The translations under genes and the position numbers were made by a program. A DNA stretch of 64,000 bases, taken from contig UQMB01000002.1 in NCBI GenBank assembly GCA_900541925.1, positions 49,429 through 113,428 on the forward strand, written 5' to 3'. Positions 39,742 through 50,702 of this stretch are shown in pieces (positions within the stretch are counted from its first letter, which is position 1; every line of letters begins with the position of its first letter). This DNA is from an uncultured Bacteroidales bacterium (GTDB lineage Bacteria > Bacteroidota > Bacteroidia > Bacteroidales > UBA932). A model generated the notes under the pieces. The model was not told the DNA's origin, did not search any database, and saw nothing but the letters and a program-made list of their open reading frames with translations.

Positions 39742-40345
39742 CTACGAATACATCATAGCGGGACTCCCCCTCCTGCAGAGCGGCTCTCCCAAGGGCTGGC
39801 ACATTGACTGCGCCGCCCTCATAGGGGACATACGCTCCAATCTCTCCGCGAGGGACAATGCCCTGCTGGACTTCTTCCTCTCCGGCTACGATCAGGACAG
39901 CCTCGGCGCGGCGTTCTACGAGACCGCCCTCTCCCACCGCAACCGCTTCATCCGCGAGTTCTTCACCTACGACCTCATGGTCCGCAACACCAAGGTGGAC
40001 TGGATCAACTCCACTGTCGGCCGCCCGGAAGGCACGGACGTCATCAAGATTGACAGCGGCCTGGAAGACGAGGAACTGATGCGCCAGGAAGTGCGCGCCG
40101 TACTCGACTGCGGAGACATCATCCGCAGGGAGAGGGGCCTCGACGACCTGATGTGGCGCAAGGCGGACGAGCTGACACTCTGGTCGCTCTTCGACATGAG
40201 CGTCATCCTGGCCTTCACGGCCAAGCTCAAGGTCGTGGAGAGATGGGAGAAGCTGGATCCGGAGACAGGGCAGGAGTATTTCCGCAAACTCGTCCAGGAG
40301 ATCCGGGCGACATACGACAACAAAAAAAACACTGATATACAATGA
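39734..40345 (+). CDS. DUF2764-family protein (V-ATPase operon member, possible C/d-subunit substitute)
   Basis: 203 aa, conserved between the E and A subunit genes in Bacteroidales V-ATPase operons; overlaps both neighbours. Confidence 0.6.
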   Translation: MNNYEYIIAGLPLLQSGSPKGWHIDCAALIGDIRSNLSARDNALLDFFLSGYDQDSLGAAFYETALSHRNRFIREFFTYDLMVRNTKVDWINSTVGRPEGTDVIKIDSGLEDEELMRQEVRAVLDCGDIIRRERGLDDLMWRKADELTLWSLFDMSVILAFTAKLKVVERWEKLDPETGQEYFRKLVQEIRATYDNKKNTDIQ

Positions 40346-42081
40346 AGACAACAGGAAAGGTGACGGGCATCGTCTCAAACCTCGTGACGGTGGCCGTAGA
40401 CGGGCCTGTGGCTGAGAACGAGCTCTGCCATATCGACCTGGACGGGACACAGCTCCTCGCCGAAGTCATCAAGGTCAACGGCGACAAGGCTTCCGTGCAG
40501 GTCTTCGAGAGCACCCGCGCCCTGAAGAACGGCGACAAGGTCGAGTTCCTCGGCAAGATGCTTGAGGCCACCCTCGGACCTGGACTTCTGTCCAGCGTCT
40601 ACGACGGACTGCAGAACAACCTCGCCACCATGACAGACGTTTTCCTCAAGAGAGGAGAATACACGGATCCGCTGGACCGCGAGAAGCTCTGGGACTTCAC
40701 CCCTGTCGCAAAGGCCGGTGACAAGGTCGCCGCCGCCGACTGGCTGGGAGAGGTCAAGGAAGGATGGCTGCCGCACAAGATAATGGTGCCGTTCAGCTTC
40801 AAGGGCGAGTACACCGTCAAGTCCGTCGCCCCGGCCGGGCAATACAATGTCGACACCGTGATCGCCACGCTCACGGGCCCGGAAGGGGACGTGGATGTGA
40901 CCATGACCCAGAAATGGCCTGTCAAGGTGGCCGTCAAGGCATACCGCGAGAAGCCGCGCCCGGAGAAGATAATGGAGACCGGAGTGCGCGTGATCGACAG
41001 TTTCAACCCTATCGCCGAAGGCGGAACGGGCTTCATCCCGGGGCCTTTCGGCTGCGGCAAGACCGTGCTCCAGCACGCTATAGCCAAGCAGGGCGAGGCC
41101 GACGTGATAGTGATGGCGGCATGCGGAGAGCGCGCCAACGAGGTCGTGGAGATATTCACGGAGTTCCCTGAACTCGTGGACCCTCACACCGGCCGCAAGC
41201 TCATGGAGCGCACCACCATCATCTGCAACACCTCCAACATGCCTGTGGCGGCCCGCGAGGCATCCGTCTACACGGCCATGACCATCTGCGAATACTACCG
41301 CGCGATGGGCCTGCGCTGCCTGCTGCTCGCCGACTCGACTTCCCGCTGGGCCCAGGCCCTCAGGGAGATGTCCAACCGTATGGAGGAGCTCCCGGGCGCG
41401 GACGCGTTCCCTGTCGACCTCTCGGCCATCATATCCAACTTCTACGCCCGCGCCGGCATGGTGCGGCTCGGCAACGGCAAGACAGGCGCCATCACCTTCA
41501 TCGGCACCGTCTCCCCTGCCGGAGGCAACCTCAAGGAGCCTGTGACCGAGTCCACCAAGAAGGCCGCGCGCTGCTTCTACGCCCTCGAGCAGAGCCGCGC
41601 CGACCAGAAGCGCTATCCGGCCGTCAACCCTATCGAATCCTACTCCAAGTATCTCGAATACCCTGAGATCATCGCTTGGCTCGACGCCAAGATCGAGAAA
41701 GGCTGGGTGGACAAGATTCTAAAAGCCAAGAACATAGTCCGCCGCGGCAAGGAGATGGCCGACCAGATCAACATCCTCGGCGACGACGGAGTGCCTATGA
41801 GCTACCACGAGTCCTTCTGGAAGTCGGAGCTCATCGACTTCGCCTTCCTGCAGCAGGACGCGTTCGACGCCATCGACGCGGTGTCCTCCATGGAAAGGCA
41901 GAAATTCATGCTGGACCTGATTCTCGACATCTGCGACAAGACTTTCGACTTCGACGATTTCGAATCCTGCCGCGGCTTCTTCAAGCAGATTATCAACATA
42001 CTCAAGCAGATGAACTACTCGGAGTATCAGGGTGAAAAGTTCAAGGAATATCAGCGGCAGCTGAGCAAACTTCTCTCATAA
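40342..42081 (+). CDS. V/A-type ATPase catalytic subunit A
   Basis: 579 aa with the Walker A motif GPFGCGKTV and the A-subunit non-homologous insert. Confidence 0.95.
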   Translation: MKTTGKVTGIVSNLVTVAVDGPVAENELCHIDLDGTQLLAEVIKVNGDKASVQVFESTRALKNGDKVEFLGKMLEATLGPGLLSSVYDGLQNNLATMTDVFLKRGEYTDPLDREKLWDFTPVAKAGDKVAAADWLGEVKEGWLPHKIMVPFSFKGEYTVKSVAPAGQYNVDTVIATLTGPEGDVDVTMTQKWPVKVAVKAYREKPRPEKIMETGVRVIDSFNPIAEGGTGFIPGPFGCGKTVLQHAIAKQGEADVIVMAACGERANEVVEIFTEFPELVDPHTGRKLMERTTIICNTSNMPVAAREASVYTAMTICEYYRAMGLRCLLLADSTSRWAQALREMSNRMEELPGADAFPVDLSAIISNFYARAGMVRLGNGKTGAITFIGTVSPAGGNLKEPVTESTKKAARCFYALEQSRADQKRYPAVNPIESYSKYLEYPEIIAWLDAKIEKGWVDKILKAKNIVRRGKEMADQINILGDDGVPMSYHESFWKSELIDFAFLQQDAFDAIDAVSSMERQKFMLDLILDICDKTFDFDDFESCRGFFKQIINILKQMNYSEYQGEKFKEYQRQLSKLLS

Positions 42082-42082
42082 C

Positions 42083-43402
42083 ATGGCAGTCAAAGCATAT
42101 CAACGCACATACACGCGCCTCAGCGCGATCACCAAGGCCACAGTGTCACTCAAGGCCGACGGAGTCGGCAACGACGAGCTGGCCACAGTGGACGGCAGGC
42201 TCGCCCAGATAGTCAAGACCAAGGGGGACACTGTCACACTGCAGGTATTCTCCGGCACGGAAGGCATCCCTACGGACGCCGAGGTCTCGTTCCTCGGAGC
42301 GCCTCCGACCCTGAAAGTCAGCGAGCAGCTCTCGGGACGCTTCTTCAACGCCTACGGCAAGCCTCTCGACGGAGGCCCTGAAGTCGAGGGAGAAGTACGC
42401 GAGATCGGCGGTCCGTCCGTCAACCCGTACAGGCGCCGCCAGCCTTCGGAGCTCATCCCTACCGGAATCGCAGGCATCGACCTCAACAACACCCTCGTCT
42501 CCGGGCAGAAGATCCCGTTCTTCGCAGACCCTGACCAGCCGTACAACAAGGTGATGGCCGACGTGGCGATGAGGGCCGACGTGGACAAGATCATCCTCGG
42601 AGGAATGGGTCTGTCCAACGACGACTACCTCTTCTTCCGCCGCGAGTTCGAGTCAGCCGGCGCCCTGGACAGGATCGTCTCCTTCGTCAACACCACGGAG
42701 GACCCTCCTGTGGAGCGTCTGCTCATCCCTGACATGGCGCTCGCCGCGGCCGAGTACTTCGCCGTGGACAAGAACGAGAAGGTGCTCGTGCTCCTGACGG
42801 ACATGACCCTCTACGCCGACGCCTTGTCCATCGTGTCCAACCGTATGGACCAGATCCCGTCCAAGGACTCCATGCCTGGTTCGCTCTACTCCGACCTCGC
42901 CAAGATCTACGAGAAGGCCGTGCAGCTCCCGTCAGGCGGCTCCATCACCATCATCGCGGTGACCACCCTCAACGACGGGGACATCACCCACGCGATCCCG
43001 GACAACACCGGCTATATCACTGAAGGCCAGCTCTTCCTGCGCGCCGACTCCGACTCGGGCAAGGTCATCGTGGACCCGTTCCGCTCGCTCAGCCGACTCA
43101 AGCAGCTCGTCCAAGGCAAGAAGACGCGTGAGGACCACTCTCAGGTGATGAACGCCGGAGTGCGCCTCTACGCCGACGCCCAGAACGCCAAGACCAAGCT
43201 TGAGAACGGTTTCGACCTCTCCGACTACGACCTCCGCTGCCTGGACTACGCCAAGGAGTACGCCACCCGCCTGCTCTCCATCGATGTCAACATCACCGTG
43301 GAGCAGATGCTCGACACCGCCTGGGAGATATTCGCCAAGTACTTCTCTCCGGCAGAGACAGGCATAAGGCAGTCATTGATAGACAAATACTGGAAGAGAT
43401 AA
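42083..43402 (+). CDS. V/A-type ATPase subunit B
   Basis: 439 aa regulatory-subunit fold; adjacent to subunit A. Confidence 0.93.
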   Translation: MAVKAYQRTYTRLSAITKATVSLKADGVGNDELATVDGRLAQIVKTKGDTVTLQVFSGTEGIPTDAEVSFLGAPPTLKVSEQLSGRFFNAYGKPLDGGPEVEGEVREIGGPSVNPYRRRQPSELIPTGIAGIDLNNTLVSGQKIPFFADPDQPYNKVMADVAMRADVDKIILGGMGLSNDDYLFFRREFESAGALDRIVSFVNTTEDPPVERLLIPDMALAAAEYFAVDKNEKVLVLLTDMTLYADALSIVSNRMDQIPSKDSMPGSLYSDLAKIYEKAVQLPSGGSITIIAVTTLNDGDITHAIPDNTGYITEGQLFLRADSDSGKVIVDPFRSLSRLKQLVQGKKTREDHSQVMNAGVRLYADAQNAKTKLENGFDLSDYDLRCLDYAKEYATRLLSIDVNITVEQMLDTAWEIFAKYFSPAETGIRQSLIDKYWKR

Positions 43403-43408
43403 CATACT

Positions 43409-44014
43409 GTGGCCATTAAATTCCAATACAACAAGACTTCTCTGACGAATCTGGGCAAGCAGCTCAAGGTGCGCCAGAACGCCCTGCCGACCCTCAAGAA
43501 CAAGGAGTCGGCGCTGCGTACTGCCGTACAGGCCGCCAAGAACGAGTCGCGCAGACTTGAGGCGGAGCTTGAGAAGGCGCTTGCAGGCTACAAGGACATC
43601 TCGGCCCTGTGGAACGAGTTCGAACCGGGACTGATACGCATCACGGACGTGGACCTGCGCACCGTCAAGGTCGCGGGAGTCAAGACCCCGCAGCTGGACA
43701 AGATCCACTACGAGATCCGCCCGTTCAACGCCTTCGTCAAGCCGGCCTGGTTCGCCGACGGCATCAGGATACTCCAGGACCTGACACGAATAGGCATCGA
43801 GTCCGAAATCTTCGAGCAGAAGCGGCAGATTCTTGAATTCAACCGCAAGAAGACCACCCAGAAGGTCAACCTCTACGAGAAGGTGCAGATCCCGGGCTAC
43901 CAGGAGGCCATACGCAAGATCAAGAGATATATGGAGGATGAGGAGAACCTCTCGAAGGCCGCATCCAAGATAGTCAAGACCCGTCACGAAGAAGAGGAGG
44001 AGGCAGAGCAATGA
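43409..44014 (+). CDS. V/A-type ATPase subunit D
   Basis: 201 aa central-stalk coiled-coil (MAIKFQYNKTSLTNL...). Confidence 0.88.
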   Translation: MAIKFQYNKTSLTNLGKQLKVRQNALPTLKNKESALRTAVQAAKNESRRLEAELEKALAGYKDISALWNEFEPGLIRITDVDLRTVKVAGVKTPQLDKIHYEIRPFNAFVKPAWFADGIRILQDLTRIGIESEIFEQKRQILEFNRKKTTQKVNLYEKVQIPGYQEAIRKIKRYMEDEENLSKAASKIVKTRHEEEEEAEQ

Positions 44015-45735
44015 TCACTTCAATGACCAAATACTCCTTCATTCTCCTCAAAGGAGAGAAGGACGGATTCCTGGACAGGCTCCAGGAATTGGGGGTAGTG
44101 GACATCAGCCGCTCGCAGAAGCCCGTGGACGATGTCTCCGGACGCATTGTCGCCGACATAGACGAGACCCGCGCCATGATAAAGTGCATCGCCGCCGGCT
44201 CTGACGCGCATCTCGTGGAACTTCAGGCAGACAGGCTCACGCTTGCCCGCAAACTCGACGAGGTAAGTGTCTGGGGCGACTACGACCGGGAGAAGCTCGC
44301 AGAGCTCGGAGCCAGGTTCTACCGCGTGCCGAAAAAGCAGTTCAATCCGCAATGGGAGCAGCAATACGCTCTCCAGACCGTCGCGGAGAAGGACGGCAGC
44401 GTCTGGTTCGTCATCGTCGGCGACAATGCCGGCTTCCCTTGCAAGGAGCTTCCTGCCCCGGAGAAGACCGAGGCGGAAGTCCGCTACGACCTTGAGAGGC
44501 TCGACGCCAAGATCTCAAGCTACAGCTCGGAACTGGAGAAGCGCCGCGCCGAGATCCCGTCGCTCGAAGGGAAGGTCCATAAGCTCTACGCCGACCTCAG
44601 CCTCTATCTGGCGGGGATAACCGGCAAGAGCGCCGCAGAGGACAGCCTGCTGGTCTTCGAGGGTTTCGCCCCTTCGGAAGACGACGACAGGCTCAAGGCG
44701 GTCTTCGACGACATGGACATCTACTGGGAGGCCGAGCCGGCCCGGACAGCCGACAATCCTCCTATCAAGCTCAAGAACAACTGGTTCGTACGCCAGTTCG
44801 AGCCGCTTACCGCGATGTACGGAATGCCTGTCTACGACGAGTTCGACCCGACGGTGTTCCTCAGCATATTCTTCTTGCTCTTCTTCTCCATCTGCATGGG
44901 CGACATGGGCTACGGCCTGCTGCTCATACTCATAGGCCTGGCCCTCAAGGGCAAGGACGGAGGACTCGGCAAGATGTGGAGCCTGATCGTCACTCTCGGC
45001 GCGGGCACCGTGGCCGTAGGATTCGTCATGGGAGGACTCTTCGGAGTCAGCCTTCCTGACCAGAGCTGGGTGCCGGAATGGATGAAGAAGTGCATGATCA
45101 CCGGCGACATCCAGTTCGGCGGCAACGCCTACTCGAAGCAGATGGCTCTCTCTCTGGTCATCGGCGTCGTGCACATCTGCCTCGCCATGATCACGAAAGC
45201 CGTCTGGGCCGTCAAACGCGCCGGATTCAAGGACAGTCTCGGGACCCTCGGATGGACCCTGCTCATCGTGGGCGGAGTCACGGGCATCACTTTCGGAGCC
45301 GCCGGCATACTGCCGCAGACGGCGATGAAGCTCCTGCTCATAGGCATAGCGGCCATCTCGGCTCTCGGCATCTTCGTATTCAACCGCTGGGGCCGCAACC
45401 CTCTCCTCAATATGGGCGTCGGGCTGTGGGACACCTACAGCATGGCTTCAGGCCTGATGAGCGACGTGCTCAGCTATGTCCGCCTGTACGCTCTCGGACT
45501 ATCCGGAAGCATGCTCGGGCAGACTTTCAACCTGCTCGCCGACATGGTCAAGGGCACAGACCCGACCTGGCAGTGGGTACCGTTCGTGCTCATACTCATA
45601 ATCGGCCACGCGCTCAACCTCGCCATGAGTTGTTTGGGAGCCTTCGTGCACCCGTTGAGACTCAACTTCGTGGAGTTCTTCAAGAACTCCGGCTACGAGG
45701 GCATGGGAGCGGCCTACAATCCACTTGAAAAGTAA
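44011..45735 (+). CDS. V/A-type ATPase subunit I (a-subunit)
   Basis: 574 aa with a soluble N-terminal half and a C-terminal membrane half carrying a conserved Arg-containing helix. Confidence 0.88.
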   Translation: MITSMTKYSFILLKGEKDGFLDRLQELGVVDISRSQKPVDDVSGRIVADIDETRAMIKCIAAGSDAHLVELQADRLTLARKLDEVSVWGDYDREKLAELGARFYRVPKKQFNPQWEQQYALQTVAEKDGSVWFVIVGDNAGFPCKELPAPEKTEAEVRYDLERLDAKISSYSSELEKRRAEIPSLEGKVHKLYADLSLYLAGITGKSAAEDSLLVFEGFAPSEDDDRLKAVFDDMDIYWEAEPARTADNPPIKLKNNWFVRQFEPLTAMYGMPVYDEFDPTVFLSIFFLLFFSICMGDMGYGLLLILIGLALKGKDGGLGKMWSLIVTLGAGTVAVGFVMGGLFGVSLPDQSWVPEWMKKCMITGDIQFGGNAYSKQMALSLVIGVVHICLAMITKAVWAVKRAGFKDSLGTLGWTLLIVGGVTGITFGAAGILPQTAMKLLLIGIAAISALGIFVFNRWGRNPLLNMGVGLWDTYSMASGLMSDVLSYVRLYALGLSGSMLGQTFNLLADMVKGTDPTWQWVPFVLILIIGHALNLAMSCLGAFVHPLRLNFVEFFKNSGYEGMGAAYNPLEK

Positions 45736-46188
<453 letters not shown>

Positions 46189-46200
46189 TGCCCTGAATAT

Positions 46201-47964
46201 ATGAAGAGGCTCTTATTGGCTCTTATGGCTCTGGCCGCAGTCTCATGCGGCCAGAGCCTTTGCGATAGTGACCTGAGATACAAGCTGTCCGGGTCAGATG
46301 TCATCATCGACGCCTCCGACCTGCTGGACGACATCCCGCGCCAGCACCTGGTCAAGGACGCACGCTCTCTCGGCGTGGACTGGCTCTACAACGATTTCGC
46401 CATCCAGTTCCGCACGCATGCCGGATTCACCATCTCCAACTACTTCAAGGACATCACCTACCCGGAAAGCGGTACCTATCACCTCTATGTCAGGGCTGTC
46501 GGCTCCGGCGACGGACGCGGCGCCTTCCGCCTCAGGGTCAACGACGCCTATGTGGACGGCAGCTTCGGGGACACGGCGGGAGCCGTACTGACAAAGGCGG
46601 CCAGTTTCGAAGTGAAGAAGGGAGAGACGGCACAGCTGATGATCACCCGCATCACCGGCACGCCGTCACTCGACTGCATAGTCCTCTCCAAGGACCCGGA
46701 CCTCAGCGACGACAAGCTCAAGGAGAAGCAGTTCCCGGACTACATGGCGCTGCTCCATGAATACGACCTCGGTGAAGGCCGCGGGGCCGTGAAATTCGGA
46801 GACCTCACGGGAGACGGCAAGACCGATTTCGTGGCCTTCTCTCCCGGATACTCCGCCTACGCCTATGACAACTCCGGAGCTCTCCTCTGGAGCTGGGAGG
46901 CACCGGAGGAGAACACGCGCAAGAGAGCCGAATTCGAAGCCCCCGGACTCATCTGGGACTTCGACCGCGACGGGCGCTGCGAACTCGTCCACTGGCGTGA
47001 AGACGCCGACGGGGAATGGCTCGTCATAGCCGACGGGCGCACTGGCGAAATCCTCAGGAAGACAGCCTGGCCGACAGCCCCGCACCCGCATGTCTACAAC
47101 AACTTCCGGCTCGCGATAGCGAACACCGACGGCATATACCCCTCCTCGATCCTCCTCTACTCCGACTGCGGCGTCTTCATGACCTACGGCATCTACGACA
47201 GCGGGCTGCAGGAGCAGTGGAGACATGTCGTCAACACACGCAAGGACCACCTCGGCCACTATTTCTATGCCCACGACCTCGACCATGACGGGATAGACGA
47301 GATTGTCGGCGGATGGAGGGTGGTGGACGCCAAGGGCAACATCATCTGGAGCCGTCTGGAAGACATCTACGACAACCACGACCACGCGGACAGCTACTGT
47401 TTCGAGGACATGGACGGGGACGGGACGGATGAGATCGTGATCGCCGCCTGCGACCTCGGGGCGCAGGTGAGGGACGCTTTCACTGGCGAACTCCTCACGG
47501 CCGCCCCTGCCGAGCACACCCAGCAGATCACCGCAGGACACTTCCTCAAGGGATACAGAGAGCCGCAGATCGCCGCAGGAGCCAGAATCTACCGCAACCG
47601 CACCTACGACCCGTATCTGCTGTCACAGGTCTACTGGATCGACAGCAAGGGCAAGCTCATCAGCCGCTGGCCGTCAAACGGCCTCAACGGCAACCCGGAC
47701 ATAATGAAGGGCGACTTCTACGGAGACGGCACGGACGTCTGCTTCTGGTACAAGTTCCTGATGCAGCCGGACGGGCGCGGCAAGCTCTGCTGCAGCGGAG
47801 ACATCTACCATTGCTTCGACTTCGAGCGCAACGGCGCAGCACAGCTCATCACCCGCAGCGGCTCGAAGATGCAGGTCTGGGGATGGAAATTCGCCAAGGC
47901 CGGCAAGCCGGACAACGACCCGGACCACCTCAAGGAGACAGTCGCCAACCACACTCACTATTAG
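46201..47964 (+). CDS. Secreted beta-propeller lipoprotein with FG-GAP/Ca-binding-like repeats (possibly PL11-like polysaccharide lyase)
   Basis: 587 aa with a signal peptide and lipobox (AAVSCG). Repeated DxDxDG motifs (DFDRDGRCE, DLDHDGIDE, DMDGDGTDE, DFYGDGTD) indicate a beta-propeller; function is uncertain. Confidence 0.4.
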   Translation: MKRLLLALMALAAVSCGQSLCDSDLRYKLSGSDVIIDASDLLDDIPRQHLVKDARSLGVDWLYNDFAIQFRTHAGFTISNYFKDITYPESGTYHLYVRAVGSGDGRGAFRLRVNDAYVDGSFGDTAGAVLTKAASFEVKKGETAQLMITRITGTPSLDCIVLSKDPDLSDDKLKEKQFPDYMALLHEYDLGEGRGAVKFGDLTGDGKTDFVAFSPGYSAYAYDNSGALLWSWEAPEENTRKRAEFEAPGLIWDFDRDGRCELVHWREDADGEWLVIADGRTGEILRKTAWPTAPHPHVYNNFRLAIANTDGIYPSSILLYSDCGVFMTYGIYDSGLQEQWRHVVNTRKDHLGHYFYAHDLDHDGIDEIVGGWRVVDAKGNIIWSRLEDIYDNHDHADSYCFEDMDGDGTDEIVIAACDLGAQVRDAFTGELLTAAPAEHTQQITAGHFLKGYREPQIAAGARIYRNRTYDPYLLSQVYWIDSKGKLISRWPSNGLNGNPDIMKGDFYGDGTDVCFWYKFLMQPDGRGKLCCSGDIYHCFDFERNGAAQLITRSGSKMQVWGWKFAKAGKPDNDPDHLKETVANHTHY

Positions 47965-47987
47965 ACATATTCGACACCCCCAGAAAC

Positions 47988-50666
47988 ATGAAGAAATCAG
48001 CCGCCATAATACTCGCCGCCACGGTTGCACTTGCGTGCTCGTCGCCGAAGGACCGCATCGATCTCGCCGGCAACTGGCAGGTCAGCCTCGACAGTCTGGA
48101 GACCTTCCAGCCCATAGTCCTCCCGGGGACAACGGACCTCGCCGGACTCGGCACCCCGAACACACTCGAGCCGGGCATCACCCACCCGCAGATCAACAGG
48201 CTCACAAGGAAGCATTCCTTCCTCGGGGCCGCATGGTACGAAAGGACTTTTACTGTACCGCCTTCCATGGCCGGGAAGCCGCTTGCTATCACCCTGGAAA
48301 GGGTGATCTGGCAGAGCCAGGTCTGGATAGACGGCAAGCGGCTTCCCGGCGCGGAGGAGAGTCTGACCACCCCGCACAGGTATATGCTGCAGGAAGGGCT
48401 TAAGGAAGGCGAGCATACGATACGCATCAGAATCGACAACCGCAAGCGCTACGACATCTCATGGAATGACCTTGCACATTCATATACCAATGATACTCAG
48501 GTCATCTGGAACGGCATTCTGGGGGAGATCTCGATCAGGGCCCTGGAGAGCATAGATGTGGCGCAGGTCGATGTCTATCCGGATGTAGCCACAAAAACTG
48601 CGAGGATAGTGGCCAGGCTCACCGCGACGGCAGACGCTCCGCCGACAACGGAAGTCAGGTTCAAGGTGGACGGCAGACCTGCCCGGACAAGGGAAGTCAG
48701 CATCAACGGGCAGGAAACCATCGTGGAGCAGGTCGTGGAGTTGGACCCGGACGCGGCTCTTTGGGATGAGTTCAACCCGGCTCTTCACACGGTCAAGGTA
48801 AGTTGCGGCAAATCATCAGCAGCGGTCAAATTCGGCCTCAGGGAGTTCAAGGCCGCAGGCAGCCGCTTCGAAGTCAACGGGCGGAGAGTTTTCCTCAGAG
48901 GCACATTGGACTGCTGCATATTCCCGCTGACCGGCAACCCGCCGCTCGACGAAGATGGCTGGAAAAAAGAGTTCGAGGTCTGCCGTGAATGGGGCATAAA
49001 CCACATCCGTTTCCACTCCTGGTGTCCACCGGACGCAGCCTTCCGGGTAGCGGACCGCATGGGCTTCTATCTCCAGGTCGAACTCCCGGACTGGGCCCGC
49101 ACCATCGGACAGGAGGATGTGGACGCATTCCTCAAAAGCGAATATGACAGGATCATCCGGAATTACGGCAATCATCCGTCTTTCTGCATGCTCACCTGCG
49201 GCAACGAACTCGACAGGGGATACGACTTCCTCAACAGCCTGCTCGCCTACATGAAGAATAAGGATCCGAGGCATGTATACACAAACAGCTCCTATTCGAT
49301 GGGCGCAGGCCACAAAGGACATCCTGAACCGGAAGACCAGTATATGGTGGCCTCAAGATCCTACCTCGGACAGGTACGCGGGCAGGACTACATAGGCTCC
49401 AGGGAGCCGGACTTCAACAGCGACTATTCGGCAACTGCCGTCGACTTCGGGATTCCGTTTGTCTCGCACGAAATCGGCCAGTATTCGGTCTATCCCGACA
49501 TGTCCGAAATCGAGAAATACACCGGGACTCTAATTCCGCTCAACTTCATGGGGATCAAGAATATCCTTAAAGAAAAAGGCTTGCTTGACCGAGCCGCCGA
49601 CTGGACGATGGCGTCCGGAAAACTCGCGGCCATCTTATACAAGGAAGAAGTCGAGAGGGCTCTGAGAACCCCTGGATTGGCCGGTTTCCAGATGCTGGGC
49701 CTCCAGGATTTCAGCGGCCAGTCAACCGCACTCGTCGGGCTTGTCGACGCTTTCTGGGACAGCAAGGGCCTCGTCCCGCCGGAGTGGTTCGCCGGAGCCT
49801 GCTCCCCGGTGACTCCCCTCGCCCGCTTCGAAAAGGCTTGCTGGACAAACAGGGAAACATTCTCCTCTCCGGTAGAGATTGCCAATTATGGCCCGACGGA
49901 TCTACACGCCGATATCAGATGGATGCTCACAAACGGGGACGCGTCCATCGCCTCCGGCATCATCAAAGGAGCAGAGATTCCTACCGGCGGCAACACAAGG
50001 CTTGACGATGGCGTGAGAGCGTCGCTTGCAGGCATCAACAAGGCCGCAGAGCTCACGCTGACCATCTCCGTGGACAAGACAAGATGGACGAACAGCTGGA
50101 GCGTGTGGGTATATCCGGATGTCGAACCGGAACTTGGTGATGTCACTCTGGCGCGCACTTATGCAGAGGCAACCGACGCCCTCGCAAAGGGAGGCAAAGT
50201 CCTGCTGGCCGCAGATCCGAGAGAACTCAATGGCGCGGCAGGAAAGTTCCCGCCCGTATTCTGGAGTCCGGTGTTCTTCCCGAAAGAGGCCGGAACGATG
50301 GGCATACTCTGCGACCCTTCGCACCCTGCCCTCGCGAAGTTCCCTACCGCGATGCACAGCGACTGGCAATGGTGGAACCTCGTTGTACGCTCCAAAGCTA
50401 TGGTCATGGATTCCATCCCGGAGGCCGAGACCATCGTGGAAGCCGTAGACAACTTCGTACAGAACCGCAGGCTCGCCTATATATTTGAGACACGGTACGG
50501 AGAAGGCCGCCTCTTGATGTGTTCGATGGATCTTCTCGGCAAGAAGAATTCAGCTAAGCCTGAAGTGAGACAACTCCTTGGGAGCCTTCTGTCCTATATG
50601 AATTCCGAAGCCTTCGACCCGGATTCAAGCATAGGCGAGGAGGAGTTCAAAGCACTGTTCCGATAG
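47988..50666 (+). CDS. Glycoside hydrolase family 2-like protein
   Basis: Start reassigned to ATG 47988 (MKKSAAIILAATVALACSS). 892 aa with a sugar-binding domain, a TIM-barrel region and a catalytic acid/base context (WCPP...NELD). Confidence 0.7.
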   Translation: MKKSAAIILAATVALACSSPKDRIDLAGNWQVSLDSLETFQPIVLPGTTDLAGLGTPNTLEPGITHPQINRLTRKHSFLGAAWYERTFTVPPSMAGKPLAITLERVIWQSQVWIDGKRLPGAEESLTTPHRYMLQEGLKEGEHTIRIRIDNRKRYDISWNDLAHSYTNDTQVIWNGILGEISIRALESIDVAQVDVYPDVATKTARIVARLTATADAPPTTEVRFKVDGRPARTREVSINGQETIVEQVVELDPDAALWDEFNPALHTVKVSCGKSSAAVKFGLREFKAAGSRFEVNGRRVFLRGTLDCCIFPLTGNPPLDEDGWKKEFEVCREWGINHIRFHSWCPPDAAFRVADRMGFYLQVELPDWARTIGQEDVDAFLKSEYDRIIRNYGNHPSFCMLTCGNELDRGYDFLNSLLAYMKNKDPRHVYTNSSYSMGAGHKGHPEPEDQYMVASRSYLGQVRGQDYIGSREPDFNSDYSATAVDFGIPFVSHEIGQYSVYPDMSEIEKYTGTLIPLNFMGIKNILKEKGLLDRAADWTMASGKLAAILYKEEVERALRTPGLAGFQMLGLQDFSGQSTALVGLVDAFWDSKGLVPPEWFAGACSPVTPLARFEKACWTNRETFSSPVEIANYGPTDLHADIRWMLTNGDASIASGIIKGAEIPTGGNTRLDDGVRASLAGINKAAELTLTISVDKTRWTNSWSVWVYPDVEPELGDVTLARTYAEATDALAKGGKVLLAADPRELNGAAGKFPPVFWSPVFFPKEAGTMGILCDPSHPALAKFPTAMHSDWQWWNLVVRSKAMVMDSIPEAETIVEAVDNFVQNRRLAYIFETRYGEGRLLMCSMDLLGKKNSAKPEVRQLLGSLLSYMNSEAFDPDSSIGEEEFKALFR

Positions 50667-50702
50667 CGTCAGCAGGGGTCAGGTACGAACATCCGATAAC
50701 CC

